In this document: positions 19,254 to 29,720 of the stretch, piece by piece
How positions within the stretch are numbered: position 1 is the first letter of the stretch
Layout: the number at the start of each line of letters is the position of its first letter
Source of the DNA: Candidatus Bathyarchaeota archaeon
GTDB taxonomy: Archaea; Thermoproteota; Bathyarchaeia; Bathyarchaeales; Bathycorpusculaceae
NCBI GenBank assembly: GCA_963739305.1
Contig: CAVTZU010000032.1
Coordinates: 1-64,000 of the forward strand
Length of the DNA: 64,000 nucleotides
Reading direction: 5' to 3'
Made by a program: the position numbers and the translations under genes
The notes under the pieces: model-generated
Databases searched by the model: none
What the model was told of the DNA's origin: nothing
What the model saw: only the letters and a program-made list of their open reading frames with translations

Positions 19254-20246
19254 GTGAACACGTCGGGTAAAACCGTTCGGATGGAGCTCTACAAGCAACG
19301 GAACACACAAGCGTTGCTAGGCAAGTTTCTGAGCGGTGAGGTCGATGAGCTTCAACCGGTCTACGATGCGAAACTTGGATACCGCTACCTGACAGTTGAA
19401 GCAATCGTTGGAGATGCAACGAACGCAGAAATCTTCCTCAAAAAGCTTTCTGACGCCGGGATACTCGAAAGAAAACTGTTCGACAAAACAGTCGCATGTC
19501 CGAAGTGCAGTTCAACAAGCGTATCAATTCACTATTGTTGCCCTTACTGCAAGTCATTCGACATTCGAAAAAGCTCCTTAATCGAGCACGTCAAGTGCGG
19601 CTACATGGACGTTGAGGAGAATTTCCATAAAGCTGGAAAACTGATCTGCCCGAAATGCAATGACGAGTTGAAAAAACCAGACTTCGATTACAGAAGAGCA
19701 GGCATATGGTGCGTTTGCAAGGACTGTGGAAAAAGCTTCGATATTCCTTTGACCGGACTCTTCTGCCGCGATTGTCACACGAATTTCACGTTTGAAGACG
19801 CAGTTATCAAGGACATCTACTCATACAGCCTGAGAGAAGAAGCCAAGCAGGAAGCAGGTCTAGGCTGGGTTCTAGTAGCTCCGATCAAGGAGTTTCTTGA
19901 AGAAATCGGGCTCGAAGTTGAAGGACCAGCTTTTCTTAAAGGCAAATCCGGAGCAAATCACACGTTTGACCTAGCTGCTCGGTCGAAGGACGCAGCGAGA
20001 AAAGTGACGGTAATCGACCTGGCAACCGCCACTGAAGGCTCTGTTTCTGAACAATCGGTCATCGCCTTGTTTGCCAAGACGTTCGACGTATCTCCTGACA
20101 AAGCGTATTTGGTAGCTATTCCTCGACTGAACGATAACGGCAAGAGAATGGCAGAACTGTACAATATCCAGGTGATAGAGGGCAAAAACCAAAGTGAAGC
20201 AATAAGAGTTCTGAAAGAGAAATTTCCAATCAAGAAAATGACATGA
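19254..20246 (+). CDS. TackOD1-like multi-zinc-finger protein with C-terminal Mrr/REase-like fold
   Basis: CPKC, CPYC, EHVKCG, CPKC, CKDC, CRDC; C-terminal GKSGANHTFD and AYLVAIP. Confidence 0.7.
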   Translation: MNTSGKTVRMELYKQRNTQALLGKFLSGEVDELQPVYDAKLGYRYLTVEAIVGDATNAEIFLKKLSDAGILERKLFDKTVACPKCSSTSVSIHYCCPYCKSFDIRKSSLIEHVKCGYMDVEENFHKAGKLICPKCNDELKKPDFDYRRAGIWCVCKDCGKSFDIPLTGLFCRDCHTNFTFEDAVIKDIYSYSLREEAKQEAGLGWVLVAPIKEFLEEIGLEVEGPAFLKGKSGANHTFDLAARSKDAARKVTVIDLATATEGSVSEQSVIALFAKTFDVSPDKAYLVAIPRLNDNGKRMAELYNIQVIEGKNQSEAIRVLKEKFPIKKMT

Positions 20247-20277
20247 TGCATTTGGCTTTTGCTTGCGTGCGCGCTTT

Positions 20278-21158
20278 CTAGGAAACCCTGAAAACTGATA
20301 CGGTTCCCTTTTCAGTTACGATTCTGACGATAAAGGGTCTGTCGGGCAATGTGATGTCAACGCGAGCGTAGTACGCTCGTTCGCCCGAGTTTATGAAAAG
20401 ATTGATTTCATACCTCTGATGAATTGGTCTCGTTGTCTACCCAAAGCGAAACCAAATGCGCGGTAGTCGATCCATTATTGTCTAACGTTAGCTGTGCTCC
20501 ATCAATCACAGCTCTGACCCCTAGAAAATCAATGTCGAGGGTGGTCTGGTTCACATCCGCCAATGCGTCTATTCACTTCAACACGCATCGTTCCATTGTC
20601 CTGCACGTAACTTCTCCACTGATCAGTGAGATTCACAGCATAATATTGCCACGATGTGGTTGGTATTTGCCCTGAAGAGGAGTTAAAATTGTTGTCGTCG
20701 TAATTTGATGTAGACCAATTGTATGCTTTCAGGTACCATGTGTCCCCTGAATCACTGGCCCTATACCTCATCTGTACTTCAATTGTCTTGATGCGATCAA
20801 GAGGATAAGTCATCAAGTCAATTGTGAAGGTGTTGTTGATGTTCAATCTGTTGTTTGATTGAGTTTCCTCTGTGAAGCTTTCATATTGGTTGTCAACAGC
20901 TTGGGTGTCAGAATACGTGCCCGCTATCCGGGTCCCTGCGTTCACGGTGTACTCGCCCAGAGCAGTGGACCAGGCGGAGGCGTTGAGGGGCGCGACATCA
21001 GCGATCTGAACGTCCTCATGAATTTTCTCCCAGTCAAACTGGTTCATCTGGTAGCTCCAGATAATGACGTTGGTGACAATTATGACTAGGAGAAGGAGAC
21101 TCAGCATTACGACGATCACGTTGCTTACGCCGCGATTGTTGAACCTAACTCGCTTCAT
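20278..21158 (-). pseudogene. Large type IV pilin-like protein interrupted by two +1 frameshifts (near 20573 and 20423)
   Basis: Class III signal NRG|VSNVIVVMLSL; the shifted frames continue IDALADVNQTTLDIDFLGV and end FIVRIVTEKGTVSVFRVS-stop. Confidence 0.75.
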
Positions 21159-21558
21159 AATAGCCCGCAACTTGCGTTCCCCTTGTCGTTACCATTCTGA
21201 TGTAGTATAAGTCGCCAAGTTCCCATGTCTCCGAAATGTTCAGCCACCCATGCTCGTTGATTTCCAGATTGAACGGTCTTGTGAAAGGTTGAGACGTACC
21301 GTTGACATAGACAGATGGAATGGTGACAGCGACCTTTCCAACGTTCCGGAGATAGACGTTGATACTGCCCGTGAGGTTGTTGAACCAAACATCCTCAATG
21401 ATAACTCGTTCACTCATCTGGTCGCGAAGATTCGTCGTCACAACGTAAGTCGCCGTCGTGGCGATAGCCATCGCGGCCACGGCAATAACTGTTAACAGAA
21501 GAGTGCTTAGAACAGGAGTTATCGCCCTTTTGTTCGTGAAGACTCTTGCTATCCTCAT
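21145..21558 (-). CDS. Archaeal type IV pilin
   Basis: Class III signal peptide KRA|ITPVLSTLLLTVIAV; C-terminal MVTTRGT. Confidence 0.85.
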   Translation of the reverse strand: MRIARVFTNKRAITPVLSTLLLTVIAVAAMAIATTATYVVTTNLRDQMSERVIIEDVWFNNLTGSINVYLRNVGKVAVTIPSVYVNGTSQPFTRPFNLEINEHGWLNISETWELGDLYYIRMVTTRGTQVAGYYEAS

Positions 21559-21574
21559 CGTTCTTTTCCTCCGC

Positions 21575-22389
21575 TCACAAGAACAACTTCAAAGCCAGAT
21601 AACCAAAAAGCATCATGACCAAGCAGTGTTTCAAGCCTGCGATGATCGTTCCTTCCCCCATCTTTCCGGCAACGAGTCCTCCAAAGAAAGCTTGAATCGT
21701 AGTCATGTGGAAAAACATGCGTCTAATATCTTCAGGCGCCATCACCGTTGTTCCCAGCGACGGCAATTGTTGCACGCTCATAAAGAAAGATTTGAAAAGC
21801 AAAACTATCGTGAAGAGGAAAACAAAGAAAGCAACATAGATAATCGCGATATAAGGCCTCGTTTGCGTTCGACGTTCCTTCTCGAGCAACAGTGTCGTCT
21901 GTATGAATTTTCCCATAGGATCAAAGACTTTTTCAACACGCCCTCCCGAACGGCTTGCCTCAATAATCAAGGGAACAGTTCTCTGGACTAACACCGTGTC
22001 GACGCGCTTTCCCATGGCCAAGAGTGCTTCTTCAAAACTCGTTCCCCACGAAATCTGCATCGTCATCTTTCTCAGCTCTGCAGTGAGGGGCCGTAATCTC
22101 TTTTCGCAGCTTCCTCCAAAGCCTGAGGCAACGTCATACCCGTCTCTTGAGCCTGAACAATGCTTCTGAAAAGGTCCGGAAGACGTTCGTCGATGGCTCT
22201 TCTCCAACTGAAATCAACATACGTAACAACTGCAGGAGGAGAGACAGCAGCAATGAGTGCAAAGAAGACAGCTTCATCGAACACAGGCGTTCCCCAGAAC
22301 ATCAGAACACCGACCAGCACTATTGCTACCGCTGAAGCTGCTGCGACGATCCAAGCGATTTTCTTCAGTCTACGCTCTACTCTGGGCAT
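21575..22389 (-). pseudogene. TadC/T2SSF pilus platform protein, frameshifted at the homopolymer 22087-22090
   Basis: N-part LPDLFRSIVQAQETGMTLPQAL..DYGP joins LTAELRKM..SWG..GKMGEG; one extra C restores the frame. Confidence 0.85.
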
Positions 22390-22395
22390 TTTTCA

Positions 22396-23295
22396 TTACC
22401 GTTTTGGTGATGATGCATCAAGGATGATCAGGAACACTATTGCTCCCAAGGGGATTCCGACGTACGTGAGCAAATTTAGCAGGAGGTCTGGGCTCAACAT
22501 TCCCAATCCGCCGCCTCCAAGCATCGCCATCACAGTCAGCATGATGACCAGCATGAGCGGTCCAGTCAAAAGGATGGTCACGTAGAACTCGGCAAGCATC
22601 GACAGGGTGTCAGAGTATTTCTTGAGGCTCATTCTCTTCAACTTCATGTACTGCGTTGACTTCGCACGCAAGTAGACGGAAAGGTTACCGCCAGAACGGA
22701 TCGTCGAGATAAGCCCTTCCATTATTTCTTTGTACCGTTCTGAAGGCGTCCGTCTCGACGCTTCTTCAAGCGCAGAGATCACGTCCGTCCCGAACAAGTT
22801 GACGTCCCTCACGATGTCTTTTGCCGGGGAAGAAGCTGCAAGGGGCACAGGGAGGTTTGATATTGAATTGAAGATGTTCTCAGGTGACACTCCTGCGCTA
22901 CTTAGAATTGCCATGTAACCAGTGGTAAACGGCAACTCATCTTCCAATTGCCTCTTTATAGAGTCGGCGCGATAGATTGGATAGCCGTAAAACCCAATTG
23001 TTGTTATTGCCCCTGCGAACAGGCTGCCTCCCAAGCCGAACAAAAATGCTGGTAACATGGGTACTTCAAGGGCGAAAAAAGCCAGACAAGGAATTAGTGC
23101 CAATACTGTGATAGATGAAAGTATCGAGAAAAAGATGGTCAAACTCACATACGCTTTGAAGTTCACTTTCATTCCTGACTTCTGCAAGTCACCGTCAAGA
23201 TCTCTGAAAAGCGGTATGACGCGTCCTACCTTCTCTCCGATAAGCTCGTAAGCGATTGCCCTGACTCTTTCTAACAGGGTTGGAGCGCTTTTCAT
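22396..23295 (-). CDS. TadB/C (T2SSF) pilus platform protein
   Basis: ELPFTTGYMAILSSAG, RTPS and SGG motifs. Confidence 0.9.
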   Translation of the reverse strand: MKSAPTLLERVRAIAYELIGEKVGRVIPLFRDLDGDLQKSGMKVNFKAYVSLTIFFSILSSITVLALIPCLAFFALEVPMLPAFLFGLGGSLFAGAITTIGFYGYPIYRADSIKRQLEDELPFTTGYMAILSSAGVSPENIFNSISNLPVPLAASSPAKDIVRDVNLFGTDVISALEEASRRTPSERYKEIMEGLISTIRSGGNLSVYLRAKSTQYMKLKRMSLKKYSDTLSMLAEFYVTILLTGPLMLVIMLTVMAMLGGGGLGMLSPDLLLNLLTYVGIPLGAIVFLIILDASSPKR

Positions 23296-24860
23296 TTCAG
23301 CCCAACTCTGGCTTTTTGGAAAACACGTTCTGGGTTAGCGTAATATTCCCTGATCACGTTCGCAACGTTCGTGTGACGTCTTATCCCCTCATGGACCATC
23401 CAGTCTAGAACAGTCTGTCTTCGGTATAGCTCTCTCTTCACGTCCTCCTCGCTAATGCCCACTTTAGTCATGTGTCTTTCGAGGAGGATGCTCTTCTTCA
23501 ATGATGAGAATTTGTCGAATTTTGGATTCCAGTTGCAGATCTCTTCAGTTCGTATACTATTGCTTTCTGAGGAAAAACCCAATACCTCTGTTGTCGCGTT
23601 TATTCTCCTGGCTGGTCTTCCATCGACTTCCGTTCTGTTCATCACAAGAACGACGTTGGTCATGGCAACCAGCGGTCTCGGAATATTCATCGGCTCGGAT
23701 TCGAGTCGGTTCATCGCTGCTTGAACGGATTCAGCGTGAATGGTGCACATTCCCAGGTGTCCAGTCGCCATCGCCTGGAATAGAGTGTAGGCTTCTTCTC
23801 CACGGACTTCACCCACGATGATGTAATCAGGTCTTTGTCTCACCGCTGCTTTCAACAGGTCGAAGAGCGTTATACTTCCGTTCCTTCTGTCGTCATGCCC
23901 AAAACCGAGTCGTACGACTGAGGGAATCCAATTTTCATGAGGAAGGTTGAGTTCTTGAGTGTCTTCGACGCTCACTATTTTCATTTCGGGCTTGATGAAC
24001 ATTGACAGGCAGTTAAGCATCGTCGTTTTTCCAGAAGCCACGCCTCCCGCCACGAGGACTGAGGCTCTGTTTTCTATAACGTACCAGAGGTATGCAGCCA
24101 TCTCTGATGGGATGGTTTTCAGCGCGATTAGGTCCGAAATCGTCAAAGGGTCTACTCTGAAACGTCTGATAGTAAACGTAGAACCTCTTCTGGTGACCTC
24201 GCTTCCGTAGGTGAGCTGCACTCGACTGCCATCAGGGAGCGAAGCATCTAGCATTGGTGACGCTATCGAAATGTTCTTCCCAGAAAGGTACGCCATGCGT
24301 ATTATGAACGAGTTGAGCTCCGCTTCTTCCTTGAATATGATATTTGTCGGTATTGACTCGTAAAGCCTGTGCCAAACATAAATGGGGATGTTCACTCCGT
24401 CCGCCGAGATATCCTCGATGAGGTGATCTTTCATCAACGGATCGATTTTGCCATACCCCGTGAAGTCCCTTATGATGTAGTATGTCAGTTTGTCAACGGC
24501 TTCCGGCGCAATTCTCAGTTTGTACTTCTTTATGATTTCAATCGATTTTTCTCTGAGATAGTTTTCTGCCTTGTCCTTGGTTTCTATTTCTTTCAGGTTA
24601 ACATCAATTTCTTCCATCAAGAAGTTCTTGAGGTCTTTCAGCTGTTGTTCTTCTTCTTTCTGTAAAGTGGGCTCGATCGTCTCGTATCTCGTTTTCTGAG
24701 TTTCTGGATCCTTAACTATCGCTGCATAAACGTATGGTTCCTGTATCGGGTATGCTTCCCTGAACGCCGTTGGTTTCTTCGGTTCCCTTTCTATGATTAC
24801 GCCCGCTGGCGCTTCCTCTAGAATGTCTGAAGCTTTGGTTTCCTGCGTCGTAGTTTTCAC
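23292..24860 (-). CDS. Type IV pilus assembly ATPase (VirB11/TadA/FlaI family)
   Basis: Walker A GGVASGKTT, EDTQEL, RQRPDYIIVGEVRG, TGH and TIHA. Confidence 0.95.
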   Translation of the reverse strand: MKTTTQETKASDILEEAPAGVIIEREPKKPTAFREAYPIQEPYVYAAIVKDPETQKTRYETIEPTLQKEEEQQLKDLKNFLMEEIDVNLKEIETKDKAENYLREKSIEIIKKYKLRIAPEAVDKLTYYIIRDFTGYGKIDPLMKDHLIEDISADGVNIPIYVWHRLYESIPTNIIFKEEAELNSFIIRMAYLSGKNISIASPMLDASLPDGSRVQLTYGSEVTRRGSTFTIRRFRVDPLTISDLIALKTIPSEMAAYLWYVIENRASVLVAGGVASGKTTMLNCLSMFIKPEMKIVSVEDTQELNLPHENWIPSVVRLGFGHDDRRNGSITLFDLLKAAVRQRPDYIIVGEVRGEEAYTLFQAMATGHLGMCTIHAESVQAAMNRLESEPMNIPRPLVAMTNVVLVMNRTEVDGRPARRINATTEVLGFSSESNSIRTEEICNWNPKFDKFSSLKKSILLERHMTKVGISEEDVKRELYRRQTVLDWMVHEGIRRHTNVANVIREYYANPERVFQKARVGLK

Positions 24861-25011
24861 TGTCCCATTTTCTAGGGTACTTTCTAACGTTCTTCGAGTA
24901 TATATGCTATATTGAGACTTAATAAATTATATGCACGTGCAATCCTTAGCAAGCTTAACCCAAAGTGAACCTTAATAGAAGGAAACGCACGTGTAATCTC
25001 AGGGACAACAC

Positions 25012-25323
25012 ATGCACCAAATCACAAAAAACTCTACGCGATCGAGGAAACCACGAATTCCAAAGAAATTGACCCTAAAAAGAGCAAAGAAGCAACGTCG
25101 CAAAAACAACGCTGAAAAGAAGCCTAAGTCAGCCTCCTCGAGACAGAAGCCTAAACGCGTATCATGCCCAAAGTGCGGATCATCCAACCTTCTGCAAACA
25201 TTTGTCCTGCAGAACCTTTGGTCTGTGTGGGAGTGCCGAAGATGCGGATATCACGGAGCATTCATTGCGGGACGCAGCAGAACCACAGGTAAAACACATG
25301 AAAACTATGTGACAGCTAGTTGA
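25012..25323 (+). CDS. Basic protein with C-terminal zinc ribbon
   Basis: Lys/Arg-rich N-half; CPKCGS and WECRRCGY. Confidence 0.6.
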   Translation: MHQITKNSTRSRKPRIPKKLTLKRAKKQRRKNNAEKKPKSASSRQKPKRVSCPKCGSSNLLQTFVLQNLWSVWECRRCGYHGAFIAGRSRTTGKTHENYVTAS

Positions 25324-25409
25324 AACACTGACAGTGCGTTTGCTTTCATCTTTCCGCTGACTGTGACCACGAAATCCGCCATTTTCCAGATCATCAAAGA
25401 CGTTTCGGT

Positions 25410-26204
25410 TCAGAGCACTCTCAGCAGAACATCGTACAAAGACGGGATATGGACGTAGAGGCGCACGATGACGGCCGATACAAGGACAAGAACTGTTAAC
25501 GCAATCAGGACGCCGTCGCCTTTGTGCAATCTCAACACGTAAAGGTTCGTCCGATCCTTGGTCGCTCCCCATGCCCGAGACTCCATCGCCTCGGCGAGCT
25601 CGAGACTCCTTCGGATAGCACTTACTATCAAGGGGATCAAAATTGGAATGTAGTTTCTGATCCTCTTCAGAAAGTTTCCGCGTTCAAGTTCCAATCCTCT
25701 TGCTTTCTGAGCATCCATTATCGTTTGTGCCTCTTCAGCCAAGACAGGCACGAAGCGCACGGCTGTGGTGAACGCAAACACGAATTCGTAGGGCACATGG
25801 GTCTGTTCCAACGCCAAGCCTAAGTGGTCTGGCGAAGTCGTGAGGAAGAAAACCGAGAACGATTCGACCAGCACTATGAACCGAAGCGTCAAGGCTAAGG
25901 CTCTTTCAACCATGTCAGGCATCACAGTATAGTTGGCTCCGATGAAGGCGACTGCGAAGTTTGTCAAGAAAATGACTGCGGCCAAGAGAGCGGCGCCACG
26001 CATCGAACGTTGCCACTCACGTCTGACTCTTGCGAGCAAGACAAACGGGATCTGAATCAAGAAAAGAATGATTAACGGGATGAGTTCCCAAAAAATGATC
26101 GCTGCTACAAAAATGCTGCACACATAAACGAATTTGATCCTTGGATCTAGGTTGTGAATTGGCGAGTAGACTCTGCGAAACTTTAGGCCGCTGAACACGC
26201 TCAT
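25410..26204 (-). CDS. ecfT: ECF transporter transmembrane component T
   Basis: LDPRIK, AQKARG and AMESRAW motifs. Confidence 0.93.
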   Translation of the reverse strand: MSVFSGLKFRRVYSPIHNLDPRIKFVYVCSIFVAAIIFWELIPLIILFLIQIPFVLLARVRREWQRSMRGAALLAAVIFLTNFAVAFIGANYTVMPDMVERALALTLRFIVLVESFSVFFLTTSPDHLGLALEQTHVPYEFVFAFTTAVRFVPVLAEEAQTIMDAQKARGLELERGNFLKRIRNYIPILIPLIVSAIRRSLELAEAMESRAWGATKDRTNLYVLRLHKGDGVLIALTVLVLVSAVIVRLYVHIPSLYDVLLRVL

Positions 26205-27025
26205 CTTTTATTTTTCTCCAGAATATTCAGCAGGATTCTTTGGGCTTCGTAAACGTCTATCACATTCTTTGGCAATTCCAACGCGGGCAGGTTCAGAAAG
26301 ATCTGGGCTATCTGGGGCGGAACTATGAATGCCTTTTCCAGCGTCGCAGAGTCAGTCAGAATCTTTTCGGCTTCTCCATCCGCGAGCACCTGTCCATCCA
26401 GCATCAGAATGACTCTAGGGCTACATTCCGCCACAAACTCAACATCATGAGTTACCATAACGATGGTTTTCTTTTGAGTCTTCATTTGAAGTATGAACTG
26501 TCTCAATCGTTCCTTTTGGTCATAATCTTGGCCGATTGTAGGCTCGTCCAATATCAGCATCCTTGGATCCCACGCCAGAACCGAGGCCAAGGCAACGCGC
26601 TTTCTTTCGCCGCCGCTAAGCATGAAAGGCGACGTTTTTCTATACTCCGACAACCCCAAGAGGTTGAGGGCCCAGCTGATCCTTTTCTCAATGACATCCT
26701 CCGCAAACCCGAAGTTTTTGAGCCCAAAAGCGATCTCCTCCTCAACCGTTTCACAAAACAGCTGGTTGTCTGGGTTTTGAAACACGAAACCTACATCTTT
26801 CGCTAACTTCGCAACGCTCGTTTTCGCAGTATCTTGATCGTCAACGAGCACTCGGCCCTGATTTGGCTTTAGAAGACCGTTAAAATGCTTGACGAGCGTT
26901 GTTTTTCCAGCGCCGTTCTGTCCCATGATGGCCACGAACTCGCCGTCTTCGATTACCAATGACACGCCTCTGAGGGCTTCCACACCGTTCGGATAGGCGA
27001 AGCGAACGTTTTCTACTTCAATCAT
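26201..27025 (-). CDS. ecfA2: ECF transporter ATPase
   Basis: GQNGAGKTT, FQNPDNQLF, LSGGE and DEPT. Confidence 0.93.
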   Translation of the reverse strand: MIEVENVRFAYPNGVEALRGVSLVIEDGEFVAIMGQNGAGKTTLVKHFNGLLKPNQGRVLVDDQDTAKTSVAKLAKDVGFVFQNPDNQLFCETVEEEIAFGLKNFGFAEDVIEKRISWALNLLGLSEYRKTSPFMLSGGERKRVALASVLAWDPRMLILDEPTIGQDYDQKERLRQFILQMKTQKKTIVMVTHDVEFVAECSPRVILMLDGQVLADGEAEKILTDSATLEKAFIVPPQIAQIFLNLPALELPKNVIDVYEAQRILLNILEKNKR

Positions 27026-27870
27026 GAGTTCAAAGCCTCCTTGATCGAGTCTGCCATCTCGTCTGAAGACAACGGAAGCGTACTGCCTAAGTGCACTCCG
27101 CTTTGTACAAGTATTTGGTAAAGTCGCGTTGCTTTCGGTATGCCAACCCCGATCAAGCGAGCTTCTTCTAAGCTTAGGATTTCCCTCGGATTACCATCCA
27201 ACGCAACCTTTCCTTCATTCATTATGATGATGTGATCTGCGTACTTGGCCGTTAGATCGAGCCTGTGTTCAACGAGCACGACAGTAATGCCAAGGTCCCT
27301 GTTTAACTGGTGAATTACTTCGAATATTCTTTGAGCGCTGAGCGGGTCTAGGAAAGAGGTCGGCTCGTCCAACACGATGAGTTCAGGTTCCATCGCCAGG
27401 ACAGAGGCAATGGCCACTCTCTGTTGTTGTCCACCTGAAAGTTCATGCGGAGCTCTTTCCCTCAGATCGTAGATTCCTGTGAGTTGGAGCGCCCAGTCGA
27501 CCTTCTTGCGCATCTCATCCCTTGGAACTCCGAGGTTTTCGAGCCCGAAAGCCACGTCTTTCTCGACGGATAGGGCGAAGAGCTGGTTCTCAGGGTTTTG
27601 AAAAACGAGCCCTACATGTTTTGCCAATTCATAGATCTGGTGGTCAAGGACGTTTAGTCCAGCAACCTGGATCGTGCCTTTCATTTCGCCCTGATAGAAG
27701 TGTGGAATGAGGCCGTTGAAGCAGCGGCACAGCGTCGTCTTGCCACAGCCGCTCGGTCCTGTTATCAACGCGAATTGACCTTTCTCAATCTTTATCGAGA
27801 CGTTTTTGATTGACTGTTTGGACGCGCCCGGATAAGTGTAAGAAAGGTCTCCTGTTTCGACGAGTGCCAT
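27022..27870 (-). CDS. ecfA1: ECF transporter ATPase
   Basis: GPSGCGKTT, FQNPENQLF, LSGGQ and DEPT. Confidence 0.93.
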   Translation of the reverse strand: MALVETGDLSYTYPGASKQSIKNVSIKIEKGQFALITGPSGCGKTTLCRCFNGLIPHFYQGEMKGTIQVAGLNVLDHQIYELAKHVGLVFQNPENQLFALSVEKDVAFGLENLGVPRDEMRKKVDWALQLTGIYDLRERAPHELSGGQQQRVAIASVLAMEPELIVLDEPTSFLDPLSAQRIFEVIHQLNRDLGITVVLVEHRLDLTAKYADHIIIMNEGKVALDGNPREILSLEEARLIGVGIPKATRLYQILVQSGVHLGSTLPLSSDEMADSIKEALNS

Positions 27871-27923
27871 GCTATTTGCCTGCCTAGGTTGAAGCGGTTT
27901 TGGGTTCATTTAAGAGTAGCTAC

Positions 27924-28919
27924 TTAATTGTGGCTAAGCAGCTTCTCTTTCAAAAGTGTCACGCACCGTTTAAGCCCAACATCGATCTCTCCTTCCCCGT
28001 TGACGCCGGCTGCGGTGGCGTGTCCCCCGCCCATGCCATGAAGATATTCGCCTAAGGGTTTCGCAATGTCTCTTCCAAGATGAACTTTCGTCTGTTTGAA
28101 AAACTCGAGTGAACTGCGCAGACTTATCTCGATTCTCTGGTTCTTCACTCCCGCAACAACCCCAACATGGGCACCCAATTCGACAAGTGCTCTGGCCGCC
28201 GATGCCTCGTAGGCACTGACATGTGACAGCGCAATAATCCATTCGTCGATTTTGAAGAGTCTGGTTCTACGGCAGGCTTTAAGCCTCGCTACTCGTTCCG
28301 AGAAATCCATCGGTAACGAGAGCATTGCCAAGGTTTCTTGTGCGTTGACCCCTGCGTCGATGAGTTCCGCGATGTTCTTCAAAGTTGTCGAGTTTGCCAA
28401 GACAAAATGGCGTGTGTCAAATGATATTCCCAAGAACAGCGCTCGGGCTTCAGACTCATCGGGTTTCAAGCTTGTTTCTTTATAGAAGTTGTAAACAATC
28501 TCGCAAGTTGATGATGATTCTTCGTTGGTTACGCATATTGTCGCGAGCTGCTCGGTTTCTGGATGGCTCGCATGGTGATCAACAACTACTATAGGAACTT
28601 GCGAGTTTCGTATTTTCTCTGCTAAAGTATCCAGCTGCTGAATCGTATTTGTGTCAAGGAGCACGATAACCTGGGCCTTATCCAACGTTGGCTCGGGCTT
28701 GATTTCAATCGGCACGTACTGCAGAAGATGCTTAGACAAGCGGCTAACTCCCTGAGCAGCAACGATTTCAACCTCTGTTTTCGGACGCAGCTTCTTAACC
28801 AACCCTGAGAAGGCGTAGGCAGAACAGATCGCGTCAGGATCGGCGTTGTGGTGACAAAGCAGAACAATGAATTTCACGTCAAGCGTTTCAAGAAGATTCG
28901 CTATTTCTTTGAAAGACAT
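27924..28919 (-). CDS. DHH family phosphoesterase (DHH + DHHA1)
   Basis: HHNADPDA, VDHH and GGGHATAAG. Confidence 0.92.
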   Translation of the reverse strand: MSFKEIANLLETLDVKFIVLLCHHNADPDAICSAYAFSGLVKKLRPKTEVEIVAAQGVSRLSKHLLQYVPIEIKPEPTLDKAQVIVLLDTNTIQQLDTLAEKIRNSQVPIVVVDHHASHPETEQLATICVTNEESSSTCEIVYNFYKETSLKPDESEARALFLGISFDTRHFVLANSTTLKNIAELIDAGVNAQETLAMLSLPMDFSERVARLKACRRTRLFKIDEWIIALSHVSAYEASAARALVELGAHVGVVAGVKNQRIEISLRSSLEFFKQTKVHLGRDIAKPLGEYLHGMGGGHATAAGVNGEGEIDVGLKRCVTLLKEKLLSHN

Positions 28920-29212
28920 TTCAGTTCCCTCAGGTACTCCTCTGCCGCGCTGAACGCACATTTGACGGCATCGTCACAAAGTCCTTTCACACCAATATTC
29001 TTCACGGAAGATGACAGCGTAAGGTCAACGTCAACAGTGAGTTTCAAAGGTTTCGTGTCTTCTGCCTCAGCGCTTATGTTGAGGATTTCCACCTTCTTCG
29101 AAGGAACCTTCGACAAAACATGCTTCCTTGCTGCTTCCTCAGCAATTGTGCACAACTTCTCGACTTGTTCACTATTAAGATCCGACAGTCCCATTTCTTC
29201 CACGGTCTTCAC
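28901..29212 (-). CDS. DUF3194-like protein
   Basis: Typical position next to prefoldin beta; AEEAARKHV and VDVDL pattern. Confidence 0.7.
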   Translation of the reverse strand: MKTVEEMGLSDLNSEQVEKLCTIAEEAARKHVLSKVPSKKVEILNISAEAEDTKPLKLTVDVDLTLSSSVKNIGVKGLCDDAVKCAFSAAEEYLRELKCLSKK

Positions 29213-29230
29213 CAGAGGGCGCGGTGGCTT

Positions 29231-29599
29231 TCAGGTTGGTGAAGAGACCGGGTTCAAATCCTGTTGAAGTTTCGTCTGAACGTCTTTAACTTGGGCCTTT
29301 ATTCGTTCCTCTTGTTTAGCAAGAACCGTAACTCTGGTACTGAGCAGTTCTTTCCTTTCATTCAGGTCGGCGATCACTTTTGATCTTTCAGATTTTATCA
29401 AAAGTGAACCTGTTGCCTTGTAAATAACTGCATCATCTGTCAGTTTTTGCAGCTCATCCAAGGCTTGATTAATCTCCATCTGTTCTAATTCCACCTGTTG
29501 CTTCTGGCCCAAGACTGATTGGAGCGTTTGTTGAAGTTGTTGGAGCCTTAAAAGGCGCTCCTGAACTTGGGGCGGAAGCCCTGAAAGTTCGTCACTCAC
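29231..29599 (-). CDS. pfdB: Prefoldin subunit beta
   Basis: LPPQVQ, Gln-rich coiled coil, IYKATGSLLIK hairpin. Confidence 0.93.
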   Translation of the reverse strand: MSDELSGLPPQVQERLLRLQQLQQTLQSVLGQKQQVELEQMEINQALDELQKLTDDAVIYKATGSLLIKSERSKVIADLNERKELLSTRVTVLAKQEERIKAQVKDVQTKLQQDLNPVSSPT

Positions 29600-29720
29600 C
29601 TTATATCCATCCGTCTGCACAACGATTAGCCAAGCCATTAATTAACATTTTTGATGACGAACTGCCGAATAATTAAGATAGCGCGCGCGCTTCTATATGG
29701 GCGCGAAAGGCTAGATTATA

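Noticed and set aside
22087-22090. Phase-variable homopolymer in tadC
   Set aside because: A run of 4-5 bases is too short; a base-calling error is more likely
20278-24860. Archaellum or conjugation system
   Set aside because: No FlaF/G/H, VirB4 or relaxase; the composition fits a simple type IV pilus
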